From: an uncultured Planctomycetia bacterium
GTDB lineage: Bacteria > Planctomycetota > GCA-002687715 > DRQF01
NCBI GenBank assembly: GCA_964559135.1
Contig: CAZLGG010000003.1
Location: forward strand, 2,231 to 66,230
Reading direction: 5' to 3'
DNA length: 64,000 bases
Both the position numbers and the translations under genes were made by a program. The notes below the pieces were generated by a model, which was given only the letters and a program-made list of their open reading frames with translations, made no database searches and was not told the origin of the DNA. Of the stretch, positions 55,791-64,000 are shown piece by piece; position 1 is the stretch's first letter; every line of letters starts with the position of its first letter.

Positions 55791-56884
55791 CCACGCCCCG
55801 GGTATGGCTGCTCATCGGAAACAAGGCTGGCGACAACACCCAGTTGCGAGCCCTCGCCAAGGCCCTCGGATGGCCGAGCACCGAGAAGCGTTGCCGCTAT
55901 CGTGCGACGGAGCTCCTTACGAACAGACTCCTCGGGACCACGCTGCTGGGAATCCATAGATCGTTGTCGGACCCTCTCGAACCGGAGTGGCCGGATCTCG
56001 TTCTCACGGCCGGGCGAAGGAACGAACCGATTGCTCGGTGGATCGCCAGGGAATCGGGCGGGGCGACCCGCATCGTCCACGTCGGACGCCCCTGGTCTTC
56101 TCCGGATCGATTCGATCTGGTCATCACCACTCCGCAGTACGACCTCCCCGCATCGGAACGCGTGCTCGTTGTCGACATGCCCCTTCATGCGGTGCGTCCG
56201 GAGGCGCTGGCCGAGGCTGCGCAAAGTTGGAGAACGGAGTTCCTCGATCTGCCCAGGCCTCGCATCGCGGTTCTGGTCGGTGGTCCGACGGGGTTCATCG
56301 GTTTCCGAGAACGAACCGTTCTCAGGCTTGCCCGCCAGGCGGAGACCCTCGCCCGGTGGCGGGGTGGGTCGCTCTTGGTGACCACCAGCGCGAGGACGCC
56401 CAGGTTTGCCGCGGCGCTCCTCGAGCGAGAGCTCACCGTCCCCGCGCGGATCTACCCCCATGGTCGGGAGAGGAATCCGTACCTCGCGTTCCTCGCCATC
56501 GCGGACGAGTTCATCGTCACGGGTGAGAGCGCGTCGATGCTGGCGGAGGCTTCGGCGACCGAAAAGCCGATCCACGTCTTCGACCCGACGCGAGAAGACG
56601 GTCCCTGGACCCGCCTGCGTCTCCGCGCTCTGGGGCGCCTGGCAAGAGAAGCCTTGGGGCCCCGCCGAATGAAGCGAGATCCGTTGGGCATTCCACGGGC
56701 CCTGGTGGATCGGGGGCGCGCCTGCTGGTTGGGGAACCCACCGCCGAACGGCGCGCCCCGGGTTTTGGCGACCAGCGATCTCGAGCGCGCCGCGCGTGCC
56801 GTTCGCGACCTGTTTCCCGATGGGGAACGCTCCGGGGATCAGGCTCCTTCGGAGGCGTCCATGACTCCGAAGGAAGGCAGCTGA
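55787..56884 (+). CDS. ELM1/DUF1022-family protein (mitochondrial-fission ELM1-like, predicted glycosyltransferase-like)
   Basis: GTG start overlapping the upstream stop (GTGA). LIGNKAGDNTQ N-terminus and FIVTGESASMLAEA motif typical of the ELM1 family. Confidence 0.55.
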   Translation: MTTPRVWLLIGNKAGDNTQLRALAKALGWPSTEKRCRYRATELLTNRLLGTTLLGIHRSLSDPLEPEWPDLVLTAGRRNEPIARWIARESGGATRIVHVGRPWSSPDRFDLVITTPQYDLPASERVLVVDMPLHAVRPEALAEAAQSWRTEFLDLPRPRIAVLVGGPTGFIGFRERTVLRLARQAETLARWRGGSLLVTTSARTPRFAAALLERELTVPARIYPHGRERNPYLAFLAIADEFIVTGESASMLAEASATEKPIHVFDPTREDGPWTRLRLRALGRLAREALGPRRMKRDPLGIPRALVDRGRACWLGNPPPNGAPRVLATSDLERAARAVRDLFPDGERSGDQAPSEASMTPKEGS

Positions 56885-59529
56885 GCCGACGGGCGGCCGA
56901 GTCCGTCCGCGGTTTCTTTCTTGTCCTTCGACGCCAATCCGAGGATGCGACGGACTTCCCGCGCCACCTGCTTGGCCGTTTCCGAGGGGCGGCCCGATCG
57001 AATCGGAGTTTCGTCTCCGAAGAACCGGGCCAAACCGGCGTCCACGAGATGCCGATGCAATTGTCGGCTGTGTCCGCCCGGGCGTATCCATCCACGGGCG
57101 AGAAGACCGGCGCTGAGTCGTTCCAGTCGCCTCTGAGGACGTTCGAATCCTCGCCGATTGACAGGTCTTCGATAGGCCCGCGCGGCGATGCGGTCGGACA
57201 CCGACCGAGCGACCCACCGTACCCAGGCGGCAGGTGTGCGCAGGCTCTGAGGAAGAGGGTAGATCTCCACCGGGCGGCCGGAGGCGCAGGCCTCGGCGAG
57301 CATCGATGCACTCTCGCCCGTCACGATCAACCGATCCGCGAGAGCGAGGAATCCCATGAAGGGGTTCTCTTCGCTTCCGGCGTCCTCCTGCCAGCGGTGA
57401 AAATACGTACAAACGTCACCGAGAGCGGTCTCAAGGGCGTCGGCACTCGCAGCCGGCGTTCTCCGGCTCGTCGTCACCCAGACTCTTGCGCCCGCGGCAC
57501 GGGCTCTTTCGGCGACGCGCTCACCCATCCTGCGGGCGGTAGCGCTCGAGAAGGAATGCTCAGCATTCGGTCCGCCGATGAGAAGTGCCCATCGAGGGGG
57601 CGTGTCGGCCCCGAGTCGCCCTTCCCAATCCTGACGAGCCTGATCGAGAGCTGTCTCCGTGACGCGCGTGATGGGAAGGTCGACGTCCATGCGACGTTCG
57701 TGGGGGAAAAGTTGCGCATACCGTGGCGCCACCCCCAGATCGAAGGGGTCGTTCGGCATGGTGCCGAGGCGCCCTCCCTGGACGACCTTGGTTTTCCCGA
57801 GAGCGGCGCGGCGAATCCATGCCGCGACGGGTGCCGTCCGTCGGCCGGTGCCGATGAGGAGGTCCGGCCATGGAGCGTGCAGGGCGGCTCTCGACTCGGG
57901 GCGAAGCGCAGCCAAGCCGTGGCGAAGCCATGCATTCGGCAGTTCGGCGAGGGCATTGAATCGGAGCAGCTTGAGCTCGTAGTCCCAGCCCAATTGGTGG
58001 GCGAGCCCGAGAGACTGGGTGCGGTGACCGGGCTTGCCGTCATCGAGAACCCAGACCGCCGGCGTGGCTGACAGGCATCGTCCGCCGGAGCGGATCTCCA
58101 CGTCCTCGGGGCGCCGGGACGGGAAGAGCGCCACCCGCCAATGGAGCCGAGGGTTGCGCTGTGTCGGTCCCTCCATGAGCCAGGACCACCATTCGGGACG
58201 AGACGGGACATGTCCGACAGCGCGGGACGTGTCGCATGGCGCCGCCACGATCGCCACCTTCGTGGCGGACTCCAACAGCTTGTCCGTGATCCAGGGAACG
58301 TCGGCGGAGGACAGCCGGGACAGGTCTTCCGTGACGCAAATGGCGTCCCAGGTCGGCGTGTCGAGTGTCGAGGAATCGAGCTTCAAGAACTCCTCCAAGC
58401 CAAGCTGCGTGACCTTCACCGAGGGAAGATCGATCCCCTCGAGGGCGATGGCGTGTCCGACATGCAGGAGCGTCTTCAAACCGGAAGACGTCGCCACATC
58501 CGCCAAGAGCTCTCCCCACCAGTGGGGCGGGCGGCCCAAAAAGGCCGAATGGCCTTCGCCGAGGCCGTGGTGGCGACTCGGGCGGGAGGCGGTGAAAACC
58601 TGGAAGGCGGCGAGATTGGCCTGCTTTTCGAGGGCATCCCACGGGCCGCGATCGGGATTGTCGAAATAGTAGAATCGCTCGGGGAATGGCTTCCAAGGCT
58701 GCCGTTGGAGCGTCGTGTAGTGCAGGCACCTCGTCCATCCCTCGCGATGCTCGTGATCGCGGGCATTCCATTCGGCCGGGAGAACTCCGTAACAGCCGGG
58801 ATCCCGCAGGGCCTTGCGAATCAGACCATACTTTCGCCGCTTCTGCGCGCCCTCGAGTGTCCAGTGGCGTCCCATCTTCGCACAGTCCATGAGCATCACG
58901 GAGGTGTCGGTCGGGCTGATGGCCAGATATCCATGGGGCCCCAGGTCCATGTCGAAAAGGAGGCCGGGATCGGCGAGATAGATCTGGTCCACATCGTTGT
59001 AGATGGCCTTTCCGGCATAGCCCGCATAGTGTGGAATGGCGAAGCGATAGTTCGTGAAACCCGTGTTCCAGAACCGACTGCGGTATCCAGGCAGGCGACT
59101 CATGAGATGGATTTCATAGACCCGAGCCGGATCCCGCACCTGCTCGATCGACCACAGGAAGACCCGCTCGGGTCGGTACTGTTCCGGTTGCGTTCCCAGG
59201 AAAATCCTCACGGTGGGTTTTCCGTTGGGGCGAACGCCCGGGCGGACTCCGAGAACGATGACCTCCGGAGACTCGGATTGGGCAAAGTCGTGGGACATGA
59301 GACGACGCTCTTTACGGTCCATGGGAGGGCCTTGGTCCCCAGGGACCCGGCCCACGTTGCCAAGCAGTCTACCGTTTCGGCGTGACACCCGCGAGGGAAG
59401 GAAGTTCCTGAACTTGCATGAAAACCCCTGCATGCGGGGACCCCGACTTCGTAGACTCGGAACCTCAACCCGAAGGAGACACGGATCCATGGACACCTTT
59501 GAAGCCATTCGATTGCGACGATCTGTCAA
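56839..59529 (-). CDS. Fusion protein: N-terminal nucleotide-sugar glycosyltransferase-like domain plus C-terminal ELM1-like domain. Start uncertain (candidate Mets at 59322 and 59298).
   Basis: C-terminal LIVTGESASMLAEACASGRPVEIYPL parallels the neighbouring ELM1 protein. N-terminal region has YNDVDQIYL (DxD-like). 3' end overlaps the neighbour by 46 nt (convergent). Confidence 0.45.
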   Translation of the reverse strand: MTDRRNRMASKVSMDPCLLRVEVPSLRSRGPRMQGFSCKFRNFLPSRVSRRNGRLLGNVGRVPGDQGPPMDRKERRLMSHDFAQSESPEVIVLGVRPGVRPNGKPTVRIFLGTQPEQYRPERVFLWSIEQVRDPARVYEIHLMSRLPGYRSRFWNTGFTNYRFAIPHYAGYAGKAIYNDVDQIYLADPGLLFDMDLGPHGYLAISPTDTSVMLMDCAKMGRHWTLEGAQKRRKYGLIRKALRDPGCYGVLPAEWNARDHEHREGWTRCLHYTTLQRQPWKPFPERFYYFDNPDRGPWDALEKQANLAAFQVFTASRPSRHHGLGEGHSAFLGRPPHWWGELLADVATSSGLKTLLHVGHAIALEGIDLPSVKVTQLGLEEFLKLDSSTLDTPTWDAICVTEDLSRLSSADVPWITDKLLESATKVAIVAAPCDTSRAVGHVPSRPEWWSWLMEGPTQRNPRLHWRVALFPSRRPEDVEIRSGGRCLSATPAVWVLDDGKPGHRTQSLGLAHQLGWDYELKLLRFNALAELPNAWLRHGLAALRPESRAALHAPWPDLLIGTGRRTAPVAAWIRRAALGKTKVVQGGRLGTMPNDPFDLGVAPRYAQLFPHERRMDVDLPITRVTETALDQARQDWEGRLGADTPPRWALLIGGPNAEHSFSSATARRMGERVAERARAAGARVWVTTSRRTPAASADALETALGDVCTYFHRWQEDAGSEENPFMGFLALADRLIVTGESASMLAEACASGRPVEIYPLPQSLRTPAAWVRWVARSVSDRIAARAYRRPVNRRGFERPQRRLERLSAGLLARGWIRPGGHSRQLHRHLVDAGLARFFGDETPIRSGRPSETAKQVAREVRRILGLASKDKKETADGLGRPSAQLPSFGVMDASEGA

Positions 59530-60097
59530 GAAGTACGATCCCGATCACCGACTCACGGAGGAAGAGGTGGACAGGCTCTTCCAAGCCGCCATTCTCTCGC
59601 CCACGTCCTTCAACATGCAGAATTGGCGGTTCCTTCTCGTCGAGGATCCCGCGCTCCGCCAGAAGATCCGCGAGGCCTCGTTCAATCAGGCTCAGGTGAC
59701 CGAGGCCAGTCTCCTCGTCTTCCTGACCGCTGACTTGAATGCCTTCAAGAAGGAGCCGGAGCGTTATTGGCGCAACGCACCGGAGAACGTCGCGAAGATG
59801 ATGGTTGAGTGGATGGTGGGATACTACGACAGCAACGAGCAACTGAAGCGGGATGAAGCCGTCCGTTCGTGTGGGATCGCCGCCCAGACACTCATGTTGG
59901 CCGCGAAGGCGATGGGCTACGATTCCTGCCCCATGATCGGATTCGAACCGGAGAAGGTCGCGGAGCTGATTCACCTGCCCGATGACCACATCCTCGTGCT
60001 CATGCTGGTGGTGGGCAAGGCCAAGGAACCCGCGCGGGAACGCCCGGGGCAGATCCCTCTCGAGGAGGTGCTCTTCCGCGATCGGTTTCCCGACTGA
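59489..60097 (+). CDS. Nitroreductase family protein
   Basis: ORF trimmed to MDTFEAIRLRRSVKKY (AAGGAG RBS). Nitroreductase pattern RRSV.K…PTSFNMQNWRF. Confidence 0.8.
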   Translation: MDTFEAIRLRRSVKKYDPDHRLTEEEVDRLFQAAILSPTSFNMQNWRFLLVEDPALRQKIREASFNQAQVTEASLLVFLTADLNAFKKEPERYWRNAPENVAKMMVEWMVGYYDSNEQLKRDEAVRSCGIAAQTLMLAAKAMGYDSCPMIGFEPEKVAELIHLPDDHILVLMLVVGKAKEPARERPGQIPLEEVLFRDRFPD

Positions 60098-60103
60098 CCG
60101 GCT

Positions 60104-63100
60104 TCAGGTCTCCTCGGCTTCGTCGGCTTCTTCGCCGCCGTCCGCAAGATCGATACCCGCGGAAGGCACCGACCGGATGTGGAGATCTCTTTGAGGGAAG
60201 GGGATCTCGATCCCACTGCGCCTGAAGGCGGCGTCGATGGCGCCATTCAGATCGGAGAGCACCCTCCGCCGAACGGTGATGTCTGGTGTCGTCAACCAGA
60301 CGAGGAGCTCGAAAGCGAGTTCGCTCTCCCCGAATCGTCGGAAGGTGACCTCGGGGCGGGGCGTGGAGAGAACTCGTCGATCCTGTTCGGCCACCTCGAG
60401 AAGAACCTTCTTGGCCAGTCCGACATCGGTGCCGTAAGCCGTTCCCACCGAAACCCGCAGGCGCGTGCGCGGCTCTCCGTGAGACCAATTGATGACGTTC
60501 TCCTCGATGAGGCGGCGATTGGGAATGATGATCGAGATCCCGTCTCGAGTCCTGACGACGGTGGCGCGAATGCTGATCGCCGTCACGTCTCCCTCGACGT
60601 CTCCGACCGTGATGATGTCGCCGACCTTGAGAGGGCGTTCGAGGAAGAGAATCAAACCGGAGACGAAGTTGGAGAGTATCTCGGTCATGCCGAAACCGAT
60701 GGCGACGCCGGCCGGGGCGAGTAGCCAGCCCAGGTCGGACATCGAGATTCCCCAGGCCCTGAGGCCCAACACGAATCCCAGAGCGACGATGGTATAGAAC
60801 GCCAGAGTGGCGCGGGCGTATCGCGTGCCGCGGCGGTTTTCATCCGCCGGTTTTCCCCCGGTGAGAAGGAGGTCGCGGACGACGAACCCACCCACGAGGG
60901 CGACGAGAAAGACGACCGTTCCGCGAAGGAGGTCACCCAGGGTCGTGCTCGGTCCCCCCTTTCTTCCCTCGAGGACGACGAAGCCCAAGAACTTCTTGAC
61001 GGACTCCGGAGAGAGACTGAGAGCCCACCGGAGCGCCAAGAGAGTTCCGAGGAGGATGAGGGCGAAAGCGATGGACATGAGGAGGCGGCGAATCGCACCG
61101 CTTCGACGATCAGCCCACGTCTTCCAGGACGGATCGATCGCCTCGTGCCGCCGTCGATGGCGCGCTGTCCAGCCTTCGGCTCCGGCGGCTATGAACTGAT
61201 AGGTCAGGTTCGACGCCAGGAGCACGGCAAGCACGCCGAGGGATCGAAGCCCTACCAACCGGCTGGCGTTGCGGAACCCGAGGACGTGAAAAACGAGCAG
61301 ACCTGTGGAGACCAGGACCAGGGCGGGCCATGCGAACCGAAGAAGAGCTTGGAGAAGACGGGACCACGGTTGATCGGCTTGAGCGGGGACCAGGAATCGC
61401 AACAGTTCGGCACGGCGGCCGAACCAGACCACGATGGCCACGGACCAGAGAAACAAGGCGGCCCAAAGGAGGTCGGACAGATGGGAGTACCCGGCGCGGT
61501 CGCACCACCCGATGAGAGGGACCATGGTGAGCAGACCCAGGGCGATGACGGCTCGCAAGGCCCTCGAGAACCGACGCATGGGATTGGGTGTGGGCTCGAC
61601 GACGTCACCGGATGTGGACCGGGGGCGTCCTTCCAGAAGAGCGGAGAAGAAGCGCAGGAATGCGAAGACGCCGAAAAAGCTGGCCAGGACGAAGAGGGCG
61701 GGTTCGCGGGGCAACGGGGAACCGCCGGAGGTCGCGACGGCGGCATAGAGCAGGACGGCCGGAAGGGCGCGAAGGTGAGCCCAGGCGAGTAGGCGAAGGC
61801 GTCGCGTCAACGGGTCTTCGTCCTCAGTGGGAGATCGCACCCAACGTGCGGGGACGAAAAAGCCCGCGAGGGCCAAAGCCAGGAGAAGGCCGGACCCAAT
61901 GAAGGACTTGGAGGGAAGATCCTTCAGGATGCGGAAGGAGGCAGGGAATCGCTTCACGGCGGATGAGGCCTCGACCGCCATGGCCTCCCGGTTCTCCTTC
62001 GCACCCAACCACGGCTCCCGCAACCAGAAGCTGACGGTGACGAGATGGTCCTCGCGGAGGGTCAACAGTTCGAGAGCCTTCCTCGCGACATGCATCTCCT
62101 CGTCGGCGAGGGACTCGATGTCACCGAGCAGAGCCTTGCGCCGGCGCACAGTCTGAAGGATTTCCTCACGGGTTTGATTCCAGTTCTTCTGGAACGCGAC
62201 GACGCGGGACTCGGTGAAGTATTGCTGGACGCTGGCTTCGCCTTCCTTCCAGGACTTCTGAGCAGCGATCCACTGCGCCGCCAACGGGTCCTTGGGTGAG
62301 CCGTGTTCCGCGGGGGAGAACTGAGCCGTCGTGTCTTCGCCCGAGACGTCGTCGGCGAGCACGTCCAGGACGGCCTCCAAGGCGTCCATGCGCGTCTGAA
62401 CCTTCGCCATGATCGCTCCGTGGCGCTGCTCGATCTCGCGAAACCGCTGTTCGGCGCGCGTGTGTCGACGCGACAATCGCCGCATCTGAGCCACGAGGAA
62501 ATCGCGTCTCCTGGGATCGAGTCGGGCACCGCGGGGCAGTCGATCGACCACCATGCGGTTTCGCTCTTCGATCCGCTCGTTGTCGAGGCTCTCGATCTCG
62601 AGGCGCCGCTCGATGCCTGCCTTGATCGACTGCTCTTCGAATTCGAGCCCGGCCAGTGCTGCCTTGAGCGCTTCGAGTGTCGCCACGGCCTTCGGAGTCG
62701 GATGGCGTTGACGTTCCGCTTCCTTGGACTTCTCCTTGGCCTCGTGTTCCGCCTTGGCCTTCTCCATCTCGAGGGCCCGCCCCCGCGCCTCCCTGGCCGC
62801 CGCGAGCGCGAGACGCGTCGTCTGATCCATGAGGTCGGAGATCTCGGTTTGGATGCGAGCATCCTCGACCCGCTTCTCGTCGATCTGCAGTAAGGTGGGA
62901 TGTTGATCGCGGTGAAGCTCCAGTGTCCTTTGCTTCAACTCATTGGTCAGAAGATCGGCGGTGGCCACCGCACGTTGGCTCGTCGTGGAGGTTTCGTTTG
63001 CGAGAATCGCTTCGAGCGGCTCCCGGGCTTTCTGGAGACTGGAGAGGGAATCCGCGATGCTCTCGAACCGCTTCCGCCTGGCCGCGAGGATCCCTTCCGC

Positions 63101-63556
63101 GGCGCTGAGTTGCTTTCGCCCCTCCTCCACGGCGAGTTTCGCCTTGTCGGAAGCGGCCTGGTAGGCGTGAAGCTCCTTCTCGGTCGCAGACTCGATCTTG
63201 GGCGGCGCCTTGAGTTGGGTCTGCTTCAGAGCCAACTCTTGGCTGTGGCGTTTGATCGCATCCTCGAGCGCACGAATGCGCTGCTGGGAGTCAGAAACCT
63301 CTGCGAGGAGCGAACGCAACGCCTCGATCGCCTTCCTCTGCCGATTGAGAGCCGTGACCAAGGAACGTGTTTGTTCATTCGGAGACTCGGACTTCTCGAG
63401 GTCGGCGATCGACTTGGCCGTCGTCTTCGCCAGTGCATCCAGTTGTGCCGAACCGAACTCTTGCCCCTGCACGGTGACGTGCGTGGGAACGGGGATCTGG
63501 CCCATCGCCGCAAGGCGGAGGGCACCCAAGAGAAAAAGGGGGAGGGCGCGTCGCAT
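60104..63556 (-). CDS. mscK: MscS-family mechanosensitive channel with large N-terminal periplasmic coiled-coil domain (MscK/KefA-like)
   Basis: 1150 aa. Signal peptide, long coiled-coil region, about 11 TM, then the MscS core (…VGDIITVGDVEGDVTAISIRATVVRTRDG…). Confidence 0.75.
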   Translation of the reverse strand: MRRALPLFLLGALRLAAMGQIPVPTHVTVQGQEFGSAQLDALAKTTAKSIADLEKSESPNEQTRSLVTALNRQRKAIEALRSLLAEVSDSQQRIRALEDAIKRHSQELALKQTQLKAPPKIESATEKELHAYQAASDKAKLAVEEGRKQLSAAEGILAARRKRFESIADSLSSLQKAREPLEAILANETSTTSQRAVATADLLTNELKQRTLELHRDQHPTLLQIDEKRVEDARIQTEISDLMDQTTRLALAAAREARGRALEMEKAKAEHEAKEKSKEAERQRHPTPKAVATLEALKAALAGLEFEEQSIKAGIERRLEIESLDNERIEERNRMVVDRLPRGARLDPRRRDFLVAQMRRLSRRHTRAEQRFREIEQRHGAIMAKVQTRMDALEAVLDVLADDVSGEDTTAQFSPAEHGSPKDPLAAQWIAAQKSWKEGEASVQQYFTESRVVAFQKNWNQTREEILQTVRRRKALLGDIESLADEEMHVARKALELLTLREDHLVTVSFWLREPWLGAKENREAMAVEASSAVKRFPASFRILKDLPSKSFIGSGLLLALALAGFFVPARWVRSPTEDEDPLTRRLRLLAWAHLRALPAVLLYAAVATSGGSPLPREPALFVLASFFGVFAFLRFFSALLEGRPRSTSGDVVEPTPNPMRRFSRALRAVIALGLLTMVPLIGWCDRAGYSHLSDLLWAALFLWSVAIVVWFGRRAELLRFLVPAQADQPWSRLLQALLRFAWPALVLVSTGLLVFHVLGFRNASRLVGLRSLGVLAVLLASNLTYQFIAAGAEGWTARHRRRHEAIDPSWKTWADRRSGAIRRLLMSIAFALILLGTLLALRWALSLSPESVKKFLGFVVLEGRKGGPSTTLGDLLRGTVVFLVALVGGFVVRDLLLTGGKPADENRRGTRYARATLAFYTIVALGFVLGLRAWGISMSDLGWLLAPAGVAIGFGMTEILSNFVSGLILFLERPLKVGDIITVGDVEGDVTAISIRATVVRTRDGISIIIPNRRLIEENVINWSHGEPRTRLRVSVGTAYGTDVGLAKKVLLEVAEQDRRVLSTPRPEVTFRRFGESELAFELLVWLTTPDITVRRRVLSDLNGAIDAAFRRSGIEIPFPQRDLHIRSVPSAGIDLADGGEEADEAEET

Positions 63557-63604
63557 GACCCTGATGGTACAGGGACCCTTCGACAGTCGTTCTCCCCCGG
63601 TCGA

Positions 63605-64000
63605 TCACCAGCCCCCCAGGAGTTGATTGACCCTGTCTTGGGTGGCAGGAGGCAAATCTCCCGAAGCGAGCAGGCTCTGGAGTTGCTCTCGGGCGGCCGT
63701 GTTGTGGACACGCCCGTAATAGTCGACCAGCATCCGCGAGAGTTGGGGACTGGTCCTCACGGCGTTCCGTTCGCCCACCAGATTGACCGCCGGCAAGGCG
63801 CTGGCGTTCGACAGCAGAAGGAGGCCTTGGCCGAGTGCCCTCTTCATGGCGCTCGGGGCGTTCTCATCCTTCAGGAAATCGATGGTGGCGTTGATCCCCC
63901 GGGGGGCGTCATGGCGCACGAGGCCGTACATGGCGTTCACCCGGACGCCATCGTGCTTGCTGGAAGTCATCAATTTCGCGAGGGCGGGGACGGCAGCCCT
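63605..64000 (-). CDS. Hypothetical HEAT/PBS-lyase-like repeat protein, probably partial (may extend beyond the window end)
   Basis: ORF 63605..63973 has helical repeats (…AMKRALGQGLLLL…). Lies 48 nt upstream of mscK on the same strand. Confidence 0.3.
   Translation of the reverse strand, partial: RAAVPALAKLMTSSKHDGVRVNAMYGLVRHDAPRGINATIDFLKDENAPSAMKRALGQGLLLLSNASALPAVNLVGERNAVRTSPQLSRMLVDYYGRVHNTAAREQLQSLLASGDLPPATQDRVNQLLGGW

Overview
GC-rich bacterial chromosomal segment (roughly two-thirds G+C by eye; many long antisense ORFs in the six-frame track are GC artefacts). About 50 genes, densely packed, with many 1-4 nt start/stop overlaps. Housekeeping content: hemN, class II ribonucleotide reductase nrdJ plus a long-form dCTP deaminase, a ygfZ/iscS/iscA Fe-S module, two tRNA-Gly genes (GCC and CCC), secDF, rplS, trmD, ribE, trpS, dtd, ruvC, ispD, ispF. 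These are interleaved with accessory-looking blocks: a four-gene minus-strand operon (secreted protein, DUF1800, DUF1501, CysZ/EI24-like membrane protein); many Sec/Tat-secreted proteins, lipoproteins and peptidases (M28, M23, M14, an HCxxGxxR phosphatase-like lipoprotein); an orphan beta-class DNA methyltransferase; a minus-strand operon of qNOR norZ, a pentaheme c-type cytochrome and a NapH-like polyferredoxin-TPR membrane protein, with a second cytochrome paralog and a Cys-containing XRE regulator next to it; and an envelope cluster of a 1.3-kaa sulfatase-like/HEAT protein with two ELM1-domain proteins. The most unusual locus is 33.4-35.6 kb: a DUF692 (MNIO, MbnB/TglH-like) enzyme with a fused C-terminal partner-like domain, translationally coupled to a 309-aa twin-arginine-signal protein instead of a small precursor peptide. 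No CRISPR array, integrase or transposase was seen. Phylum unknown; the DUF1501/DUF1800 pair is a type I recall from planctomycete-like genomes.
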